A stretch of DNA of 64,000 nucleotides from an uncultured Clostridiaceae bacterium (GTDB lineage Bacteria > Bacillota > Clostridia > TANB77 > CAG-508): positions 47 to 64,046 of the forward strand of contig CAMMAC010000004.1 in NCBI GenBank assembly GCA_946493085.1, given 5' to 3'. Position 1 is the first letter of the stretch, and each line of letters opens with the position of its first letter. Below, piece by piece: positions 40,301 through 52,300 of this stretch. The notes below the pieces were generated by a model. That model saw only the letters and a program-made list of their open reading frames with translations. It ran no database searches and was not told the origin of the DNA. Made by a program: the position numbers and the translations under genes.

Positions 40301-43300
40301 AGATAAATTAGTTTCAGGAGCAACTTACAGTATAACAGAAATCATAAAAGGAGAAAATGGAGAAGAAAGAGGAGAAAGTAAAACAGGAGTAACGAATGCG
40401 CAAGGAATGCTAAACATAACCAATTTATATGCAGAAAAAGAATATGAAATAAAAGAGATAAAAACACCGGATGACTATGAATTAAACGAAGAAGTCATAA
40501 GGTTTATTGGTCATGTAGACGAAAAAGGAACTTTAAGTGTAGAAATAACTAGTGGAACACCAAGAGGAGAGGTAACAGTAAGCAAGGAGGCAGAAGAAAA
40601 CTATAAAGTAGGAATCAATGTAGAAGATGAAGCAAAAGCAAGCCTAAAAATAGTAAAACAAGAACAAGGAACACAAACCCCAATACAAGGAGTACGTTTT
40701 AAAATAACAGGATATGGTCTAGCAGAAACAGGAAGAACAGTAACAACAAATAGAAATGGGGAAGCAAATATAAGTGGCTTATCTATCAACCAAGAATATA
40801 CCCTAGAAGAAGTAAGAGTACCAGAAGGGTATTATTCCGTGAGCCCAATAAAATTTACCATAGTAAATGAAAATGGAAGCTATACAGTAAACTTCACAGA
40901 AGGAGCAGAAGGCATAACTTCAAGCCAAATAACAGAAGAAGATAGTCTTCCAACCTTAAACGTAAATATAGAAAACGAAAAAATACCAACTTATAGTATG
41001 CAATTAGTAAAAGTAGAAAGAACAACAGAAAGTACAGTAAGTACAGATGAATTAATGGCAAAAGCAGAAACTAACTTTGCCGATACAGAAGTAGAATACT
41101 TAGCAGGAGCAAAATTTAAATTATATAAGGGAACAGAAGAAGTAGGGCAATACATCACAGACGAAACAGGAACTGTAACCATAGAGGGACTATACCAATA
41201 TGAAGAAGAAAAAGGAATAGATCAAACCTATACCCTAAAAGAAGTATTAGCCCCAGCTGGCTATGCAAAAGTAAAAGATATAGTATTTGAAGTAGAAGAA
41301 GTAGAGGGAACATTAGTATTAAGAGAAACAAATGAAGAAGGACAAGAAGCAGAAAGTACAAGATACACAGCAGAAGGAAATACTATAAAGTTAGTAGTAG
41401 AGGATAGTCCATCTTTTAAACTAATCAAAAAAAATGAAGAAACAAAAGAAGTATTAGCAGGAATAAAATTTGCTATTTATAATGTAGATGATGGAACAGA
41501 ACAACTAGCAAGAAATAGCAAAGGAGAAATTATAGGAACAAAAGAAGTTATCGATGGAAAAGAATATTATGTAGTAGAGACAGATGAGAAGGGAGAGCTA
41601 ACAGCAGATTTACCAGAAGGATTATATAAGGCAGTAGAAGTAGAGGCACCAGAAAAATATGAACTAGCAGGACAAACCTATTATTTTGGAATAGGAGCAA
41701 GTAGGGAAGCACCAACTACAATAGGTGCAACACAGGCAACTAGTATAGGAGGTAGTAATGAGGATCAAATTAATTCAGTAGCAGGCACAAGTGATGGAGG
41801 ATATATTGTAGGAGGATATTTTGAGAGTAGTAGTATTACCGCAGGAGACTATACCCTAACAAATGCAAATGCAGGTTCATATGATGGAATGGTAATCAAA
41901 TACAGCAGTGATGGAACCGTAGAATGGGCAAGCAGTATAGGAGGAGGAGATGATGAGCAAATTTATTCGGTTGCAGGAACAAGTGATGGAGGATATATTG
42001 TAGGAGGATATTTTGAAAGCGATAGTATCACTGTGGGAGACGATACCCTAACAAATAATAGTACAATATCATGGGGTTCTGATGGAATGGTAATCAAATA
42101 TAGCAGTATTGGAGAAGTAGAATGGGCAAGAAGTATAGGAGGAGGAGATGATGATACTATCAACTCAGTTACAGAAATAAGTGATGGAGGGTATATCGTA
42201 GGAGGAGCTTTTAAAAGCAATAGTATCACCGTAGGAGACGATACTCTAACAAATAGTGGAGGACTGTATTCTGCTGGAATGATAATCAAATACAGAAGTG
42301 ATGGAGAAGCAGAATGGGCAACTAGCATAGGAAGAAATAATTCAATTAGGTCGGTTGCAGGGACAAGTGATGGAGGGTATATCATAGGAGGAAGTTTTAG
42401 AAGTAGTATTACTGTAGGAGACGATACCCTAACAAATGCAGGTCCGTATTCTACATATGATGGAATGGTAATCAAATACAGAAGTAATGGAGAAGCAGAA
42501 TGGGCAAGAAGCATAGGAGGTACAGACAATGATTATATCTATTCAGTTTCACAAACAAGTGATGAAGGATATATCGTAGGAGGATATTTTAGAAGTGATA
42601 GTATCACCGTGGGAGACGATACTCTCACAAATGCAAATGAGGATTATTCTAATGGAATGGTAATTAAATACAGCAGTAGTGGAGAAGTAGAGTGGGCAAG
42701 AAGTATGGGAGGCAACAGAGAGGATATTATTAACTCAGTCGCAGGAACGAGTGATGGAGGGGGTATCGTAGTAGGATATTTTAAGAGTGATAGTATCACT
42801 GTAGGAAATTATAATCTAACAAATGCAAGTTCTGGCTTACGATTTGACGATGAAGATGGAATGGTAATCAAATACAGAAGTAATGGAGAAGTAGAATGGG
42901 CAACTAGTATAGGAGGCAGGAGTTATGATTCTATCAATTCAGTCGCAGGGACAAGTGATGGAGGATATATTGTAGGAGGATATTTTGCAAATTATAGTAT
43001 CACCGTAGGAGACTATACCCTAAGCAAAGCTGGTTTTTATGACGGAATGGTAATAAAACTAGGAAAGATAGAATTAAATAACCATGTAACCTTACAAGCA
43101 CAAAGTGTAGGAGGAAACAGAGATGAAGAAATTACCTCAGTAGCAAAAACCAGTGATGGAGGGTATATTGTAGGAGGATATTTTGTAAGTAATAGTATCA
43201 CCGTAGGAGATTATACTTTAACAAATAATAGTAGATCAGGTGATGGTGATGGAATGGTAATTAAATACACCAGTAAAGGAGAAGTAGAATGGGCGAGAAG

Positions 43301-46300
43301 TATAGGAGGATGGTTTGATGATACTATCAGATCACTTACAGAAACGAGTGATGGAGGATATATCGTAGTGGGATACTTTGATAGCGATATCACCATAGGA
43401 GACTATACTCTAACAAATGTAGGTTCGAATGATGGAATGGTAATCAAATATAGCAGTAGTGGAGAAGTAGAATGGGCAAGAAGTATAGGGGGTACAAAGA
43501 ATGATTATATTAACTCAGTCGCAGAAACGAAAGATGGAAGGTATATTGTAGGAGGATATTTCTATAGTGATAGTATCACCATAGGAGACTATACTCTAAC
43601 AAATGCAGGTTCTTCTGATGGAATGGTAATCAAATGCAACAGTAATGGAGAAGTAGAATGGGCGACTAACATAGGAGGTACAGAAAATGATTATATTAAC
43701 TCAGTCGCAGAAACGAAAGATGGAGGGTATATTGTAGGAGGATATTTCTATAGTGATAGTATCACCGTAGGGAACTATACTCTAACAAATACAAGTTATA
43801 ACGAACAATATATCTGTACTGACGGAATGGTAATCAAATATAGCAGTAATGGAGAAGTAGAATGGGCAAGAAGTATAGGAGGAGGAGATGATGATTATAT
43901 TAACTCAGTCACAGAAATAAGTGATGGAGGGTATATCGTAGGAGGATATTTTGTAAGTTCAAGTATCAGCATAGGAGACTATACCCTAATAAATGCAAAT
44001 AGAGAATATCATGCTGATGGAATAGTAATCAAATATAGCAGTAATGGAGAAGTAAAATGGGCAACTAGCATAGGAGAAAATGGTAATGATTATATTGAGT
44101 CAGTCACAGAAACAAAAGATGGAGGGTATATTGTAGGAGGATATTTTGAAAGTCCAAGTATCACTGTAGGTAATTATACACTGATAAATGTGAATGCAGG
44201 ACATTATGATGGAATGGTAATTAAATGTAACAGTAGTGGAAAAGTAGAATGGGCAAAAGATATAGGAGGAAGTGATGGTGACAATCTACAAATAGTTGGT
44301 GACAGAATACAATCAGTCACAGAAACAAATAACGGAGAATATATAGCAGTAGGATATTTTGAAAGTGATTCGATAGAAACTGATGGAAACACATTAACAA
44401 ATGCAGGAAGTTCTGATGGAATGATACTAAAAATTGTAAATAAAATAGGTGTGCCAGAAGTACAAGAGTTAACAGTAGAAAATAGTAGAAAAGAATTCCA
44501 AATTACTACAGATGTAGAGGAAATAGACGGAGTAAAAGGAGGAAGTATTTCAGGGGAAGACAAAAATCCATATGAAACAGTAAAATATGGAGATAGCAGT
44601 AAAAATGAGATGAAAATGACACCAGAAGCAGGATATGAAATTATAAAAATAACGATTAATGGAAAAGAACTATTAGACTATGAAGTAGATGCAGATGGAA
44701 GTTGTCTGTTACCACAATTTACTAATGTAACAGAAGATAAACATATAGTAGTAACCTATGCAAGAACGAGTAATAAAATAACTATAGTAAAACAAGATGA
44801 AGAAGGAACAAGATTACAAGGAGCCAAATTTAAATTGGATCAAATAGAAGATAGAGTAGAACCAGAAAATGTAATAGGTGAAATAGTAGCAAATGGAGGA
44901 ATATATACAGAAACAAAAGTGGATATATCAAATGAGGTAACAGACCAAGTAAAAGGAAAATTAACAAATAATGGAACATACTATTTCATACAAAATGAAG
45001 ATGGTACTTTAGTACCAACAAATAGTAAAACCTATCAAAGTGCAAATGATGGAAGTACAGGAATACAAAGTACAACAGCAAACTCATATATAGAAATAGA
45101 CTTAAGTGGCTTAGAAGGAGAATATGCAGTAGTAGTAAATGCAAATGTATCAAGTGAGAGTGCAGATTATGGGTATGCAACTATTACTCAAACTACAAAC
45201 GCACCATCCTATAGTAGTAGTAATGGAAGAATTTTCAGAATTTCAGGTACATCAACAAGTAGTACAACAGCAACAGATTATACATCAATGTTATTAGAAG
45301 GTGGAAATACCTATTATCTACATTTAGGATATAGAAAAGATAGCAGTGTAGATACAGGAGATGACCAAATAGTTATCAATAGTATAAAAGTATATGGAAC
45401 AGAAAATGTAGAAAAGACATACAACTTTGTATCCAATGGACAAGGTGGGTATGAATCCAACAATCAAGGAAAAGCAAGTACAACAGCAAATTCTTATATA
45501 CCAATTGATTTAAGGAATTTAACAGGGAAATATAATCTAGTAGTCAATGCAAATGTATCGAGTCAAAGTGGAGATTATGGATATGCAACAATTACACAAA
45601 ATACAAATGCACCATCCTATAGTAGTAATGGAAGAATTTTCAGAATTTCAGGCACATCAACAAGTAGCATAACACCAACAGATTACACAACAGTGCTACA
45701 AGGCGGAAGTATGTATTATTTACACCTAGGATATTATAAAAATGCATCAACAGATGAAGGAGAGGATAAATTTACAGTAAATAGTATAAAAGTAACATTA
45801 AATAGTTCAGAATTGTATCCAACAGTGGAATTAGTAACAAACGAAAAAGGAGAAGCAGTAACAGATGTACCATATGGAAGATATAGTATAACAGAGCTAC
45901 AAGCACCAGAAGGATATGAAACAATAGAAGAACCAATAACAATAGAATTTAGACAAGAGAGAAATACAGTAGTAGAAAATAACAATAGCGTAGAGGTAAC
46001 AGTAGGAGAAAATGGAGAGTTTCTAGTAGAAAACAAAGAAGCAGCAAAAGTAATTGTACATCACTACTTAAAAACAGAAGCAGGAGAATATACAACAACA
46101 AAAGTAGCAGAAGATGACTATATGGAAGGAAAAATAGGAGAAGAATATATTACTAAACCACATTTAGATATAGAAAATTATGAGTTAGAAAAAGATACAA
46201 GAGGAAATTACATAACTCCTAAAAATGCAACAGGAAAGTATGTAGAGGAATTGACGGAAGTAATATATTATTATGAAGAAAGTAAAATACCGTTGATAGT

Positions 46301-49300
46301 ACACCATTATATAGAAGGAACGGAGGATAAAGTACCATTAGCAAGTGGAGGTTTAGCAGAAGATCAAATCAGTGAAGGAACAAAAGGAGAAAGATATGTA
46401 ACAGAAGCAATAGATGTAGATAAATTAGATGAAAGATATGAATTAATTACTGTACCATCGAATGCACAGGGAACATATGAAGGTCCTTTTGTAGAAGTAA
46501 TATATTACTATAGAGAACAGACAGAAGAAAGCATAAAAAGAGTTACTGTAACTAAAATATGGAATAATACAAATGGTATATATAAAATACCAGAGAAAAT
46601 AAAAGTACAAGTAAAAAATGAAGATAAAATAATAGCAGAACAAATAATAAGTGCTGATAATGCAACACAAGAAAATGTATGGACATGGACATTTACAGGC
46701 TTACCAAAATATAATGAGCAAGGAGAAGAAATACAATATACTATAGATGAAGTGGAAGTAAATGCAGGAGATTTAAAATATTACAAAAAAGATATAAATG
46801 GAACAACCATAACGAATACATACAATGGACCAGTTATCCATAGCACAAAAGAAATGACAACAGAAAATAGTTTAAGTTACGTAGTAGAGGGTGAAAAAAT
46901 CATCTATACCATCAGAGTACAAAATAGTGGAGATTTAGCTGGAGACGTAGTAGTAAAAGATAACATTCCGGAAGGAACAAGTTTTGTAGCAGGAAGTATC
47001 AAGGTAAATGGAGTAGCAGATGCATCCAAGACAGAGACAGACTTAAGAGACGGAATGAGAGTAACTGTTCCAGCAAGAACAGATGAAAACACTCCGGGAG
47101 AAACAACGGTAAGTTTTGAAGTAACAGTAAATACATTAGAAGGAGAAGCATTAACAAAACAAATTGCCAATACAGCAACAATAAACAAGAACCCAGATAA
47201 TCCAGAAAGTCCAGAAGAACCAACAAATGAGGTAACAACAGTAGTAAATAAATCAGACCTAAAATACAATAAATCAGCAAATCCAGTAACAGGAAGCACT
47301 GTAAAAGTGGAAGATGAAATTACATATACCATTCACTTAGATAACAGCAAGGGAACAGCGCCAACAAGTACTATAGTAAAAGATACAATCCCAACAGGAA
47401 CAACATTTGTAAAAGATAGTATTGTGGTTGGAGGACAGGCACAGGTAGGCAAAACAACAGATGACTTAGCAAATGGAATAAAAGTGGATTTAGCAGCAGG
47501 AGAAAGCAAAGATGTTGTATTTAAAGTAACTGTAAATGACTTAAATAATGAAGATACAATAAGAAACGTAGCAACCATAAAAGAAAATCCAGATAACCAA
47601 GCTAGCCCAGAAGAGCCAACAAACGAAACAGAGCACACTTATGCAGAAGCTATCATAACCGCTAACAAAGAAATGACAACAGAAAATAGACTAAGCTATG
47701 TACTAGAAGGAGAGAAAATTACCTATACAATCAGAGTACAAAACAGCGGAGACCTAGGACAAGAGGTAGTAGTAAAAGATAACATTCCAGAAGGAACAAG
47801 CTTTGTAGCAGGAAGTGTCAAGGTAAATGGAGTAGCAGATGAAACAAAGACAGAGACAGACTTAAAAGACGGAATGAGAGTAACTGTTCCAGCAAGAACA
47901 GATGAAAACACTCCAGGAGAAACAACAGTAAGCTTTGAAGTAACAGTAAATGAATTAGAGGGAGAAGCGTTAACAAAACAAATTGCCAATACAGCAACAA
48001 TAAACAAGAACCCAGATAATCCAGAAAGTCCAGAAGAACCAACAAATGAGGTAACAACAGTAGTAAATAAATCAGACCTAAAATACAATAAGTCAGCAAA
48101 TCCAGTAACAGGAAGCACTATAAAAGTCGGAGAAGAGATTACGTATACAATTCACTTAGATAATAGCAAGGGAACAGCACCAACAAGTGCTATAGTAAAA
48201 GATAGTATTCCAACAGGAACAACATTTGTAAAAGATAGTATTGTAGTTGGAGGACAGGCACAAGTGGGCAAAACAGCAGATGACTTAGCAAGTGGAATAC
48301 AGGTGGATTTAGCAGCAGGAGAAAGCAAAGATGTTGTATTTAAAGTAACAGTAAATGACTTAAATAACGGAGATACCATAAGAAATATGGCAACCATAAA
48401 AGAAAATCCAGATAAACCAGACAGCACAGAAGAACCAACCAACGAAACAGAACACACCTATGCAGAAGCTATCATAACCGCTAACAAAGAAATGACAACA
48501 GAAAATGGACTAAGCTATGTACTAGAAGGAGAGAAAATCACCTATACTATCAAAGTACAAAACAGTGGAGACTTAGCTGGAGACGTAGTAGTAAAAGATA
48601 GTATTCCAGAAGGAACAAGCTTTGTAGCAGGAAGTATCAAGGTAAATGGAGTAGAAGAGGAAACAAAGACAGAGACAGACTTAAGAGACGGAATGAGAGT
48701 AACTGTTCCAGCAAGAACAGATGAAAACACTCCGGGAGAAACAACGGTAAGTTTTGAAGTAACAGTAAATACATTAGAAGGAGAAGCATTAACAAAACAA
48801 ATTGCCAATACAGCAACAATAAACAAGAACCCAGATAATCCAGAAAGTCCAGAAGAACCAACAAATGAGGTAACAACAGTAGTAAATAAATCAGACCTAA
48901 AATACAATAAATCAGCAAATCCAGTAACAGGAAGCACTGTAAAAGTGGAAGATGAAATTACATATACCATTCACTTAGATAACAGCAAGGGAACAGCGCC
49001 AACAAGTACTATAGTAAAAGATACAATCCCAACAGGAACAACATTTGTAAAAGATAGTATTGTGGTTGGAGGACAGGCACAGGTAGGCAAAACAACAGAT
49101 GACTTAGCAAATGGAATAAAAGTGGATTTAGCAGCAGGAGAGAGCAAAGATGTTGTATTTAAAGTAACAGTAAACGACTTAGATAATGGAGCAACAATCA
49201 AAAACGTAGCAACAGTAAAAGAGAATCCAGATAACCCAGACAGCACAGAAGAACCAACCAACGAAACAGAACACACCTATGCGGAAGCTATCATGACCGC

Positions 49301-52300
49301 TAACAAAGAAATGACAACAGAAAATAGTTTAAGTTATGTAATAGAGGGTGAAAAAATCATCTATACCATCAGAGTACAAAATAGTGGAGATTTAGCTGGA
49401 GACGTAGTAGTAAAAGATAACATTCCGGAAGGAACAAGTTTTGTAGCAGGAAGTATCAAGGTAAATGGAGTAGCAGATGCATCCAAGACAGAGACAGACT
49501 TAAGAGACGGAATGAGAGTAACTGTTCCAGCAAGAACAGATGAAAACACTCCGGGAGAAACAACGGTAAGTTTTGAAGTAACAGTAAATACATTAGAAGG
49601 AGAAGCATTAACAAAACAAATTGCCAATACAGCAACAATAAACAAGAACCCAGATAATCCAGAAAGTCCAGAAGAACCAACAAATGAGGTAACAACAGTA
49701 GTAAATAAATCAGACCTAAAATACAATAAATCAGCAAATCCAGTAACAGGAAGCACTGTAAAAGTCGGAGATGAAATTACATATACCATCCACTTAGATA
49801 ACAGCAAGGGAACAGCACCAACAAGTACTATAGTAAAAGATACGATTCCAACAGGAACAACATTTGTAGAGGGAAGTATACAAATCGATGGAATAGTAGA
49901 TGAAAGCAAAACAGCAGATGACTTAGCAAGTGGAATAAAAGTGGATTTAGCAGCAGGAGAAAGCAAAGATATTGTATTTAAAGTAACGGTAAATGATTTA
50001 AATAATGGAAATACAATAAGAAACGTAGCAACCATAAAAGAAAATCCAGATAACCCAGCTAGCCCAGAAGAGCCTACAAATGAAACAGAACACACCTATG
50101 CAGAAGCAGTTATCCATAGTACAAAAGAAATAACAACAGAAAATGGATTAAGCTATGTACTAGAAGGAGAGAAAATCACCTATACTATCAAAGTACAAAA
50201 CAGCGGAGATTTAGCTGGAGACGTAGTAGTAAAAGATAACATTCCAGAAGGAACAAGCTTTGTAGCAGGAAGTGTCAAGGTAAATGGAGTAGCAGATGAA
50301 ACAAAGACAGAGACAGACTTAAAAGACGGAATGAGAGTAACTGTTCCAGCAAGAACAAATGAAGATACACCAGGAGAAGTTACGATAAGCTTTACAGTGA
50401 AAGTAAATGCAGTAGGAACAGACGAGACAAGTAAAACAATTAGAAATACAGGATATATTAATAAAACACCAGATATTCCAGAAAATCCAGATGAACCTAC
50501 AAATGAAGTTGCAGTACCAGTGCTAATGTATAAGAAAAAAGCAGAAATTGTAAGAACACAAGGAAATGAAGAAGTACCAGAAGGAAGTGTAACAGCAGGA
50601 GATAGAATAAAATACACGATTACAATACACAATGTAGGTACAGAAAAAATAGAAGGGGTAGAAATAAAAGATAACGTTCCAGAGGGAACAACCATTTATC
50701 AAATCAATGATGATGGAGAAATTAGTTTAAATGCAGGAAATGTAATTACATGGAATGTAGCAGAAATAGCAGGAGGAGAAGTAAAAGAAGTAAGCTTTGA
50801 GGTAACAGTAAACTACGATAACGAAGAAAAAACAATCAAGAATGTGGCAACAGTAGATGGAAAAGAAACAAACGAAGTAGAAACACCATATGTAGAACCA
50901 AAGCTAGAGTTAGAAAGTAGTATCGTAAAAGATGGAACAGAAAGAGTAACAAGTGTAGAAGAAAAGGTAAGTTATACCATAAAATATACAGCAAACATTC
51001 AAGATTTTGTAGGAAAGGCAAAAGTAAAAATAGTAGACTACTTGCCATATACAATTGATACTGCAAATTCAGAGCTAGACGGAGGAAACTACGACGAAGA
51101 GACAAAAACCATCACATGGGAAGTAAACTTTGGAAGCATAGATACCTATCAAAATGCAGAAGGAATACAAACGGTAGAAATTACAAAGAGTGTATTATTA
51201 AAATATAACTATCCAGATGCAGAGGCTTTAAGTGGAAGTGTAGACAATACAGCAGAAGGAACGATTACCTTAACACAAACAAAAGAGCCAGAAGGAACAG
51301 AGCAAACAGTAAAAGAGGAAACAGTAGAAGATAAGCATGAGGTAAAAGTAGAAATTCCTGCAGAAGTTATTGTACATCACTACATTTATGACGAAGCAAA
51401 AGGCGGAGAGACAACCCAAAAAGTACCATCTAAAGAAGGCGGAGTAGTAGCAGACGAGAAAATAGAAGGAATTGTAGGAGAGTGCTACGATACAAATCCA
51501 TCTCAAAAGGTAGATGAAAATTATGAGTGTATCAATGTAACACCAGAAAAAGCAGAAGGAAACATGACAAAAGAGCCAATAGAGGTAACCTATTACTATG
51601 AGTTAAAAACAGCAGAATTGGGAGCAACCATAGAAAAAACAGCAACAGCAAGCAAACAAGAAGAAGTAGAATATGAGACCGGAGAATACGACCAAGAAGG
51701 AAATCCAATTACAGAAACAAAGATAGTAGAAGTGTTAACAGAGGAAGACGGAGTTGTAACTTACAAAATAAAATATAGAGCAGGAATAAAGAATTACAAA
51801 GGAACTGCAAAAATAAGTATCGTAGATAAGTTGCCAGCAGCTTTAAATGAAGAAAATCCTAGAGTAAACTTAGCAGGAGGAACCTATAACAGTGCAGATA
51901 GAACAATTACATGGGAACAAGAAGTAGAAGTAAACACCTTTGAGACAGGAAGTATGTATGACGAGACAATAGAGAAAGAAATCAAAGTAGTATATCAAGA
52001 CCAAAATGTAGTAGAAACATTGGTAAATGAAGTAACAGGAAGCATTACAATATATTATCCAGAAAATCATAGTACAAATCCAGGAGGAGAAAGAGATACA
52101 AATACAGTAACCGATACAGCAGAAGTAGAGCAAGAGTACAAGGTAGAAAAACAAGTAGAAAAAGTATGGGATGACAATGAAGATACAAAAGGAAATAGAC
52201 CAGAGAGTGTAACTGTACAATTAACAGCAGGAGGAAATACAAACTACAATGGAGAAGAACTAGAAAAGGTAGTATTAAATGAGGAGAACAACTGGAAACA

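Noticed and set aside
46831-50350. Possible CRISPR-like array, because of regularly spaced repeats (also 62529..63158)
   Set aside because: The units are contiguous with no unique spacers, are 819 bp and 90 bp long, and are in frame within long ORFs. No cas genes are present.
46904-50695. Series of 93-244-aa minus-strand ORFs (46904..47332, 47333..47638, 47723..48118, 48542..48970, 49361..50095, etc.) recurring with 819-bp spacing
   Set aside because: They lie antisense to the clearly coding giant gene. Their recurrence simply mirrors the tandem array, and they have low-complexity Leu/Ser/Val-rich translations with no RBS.
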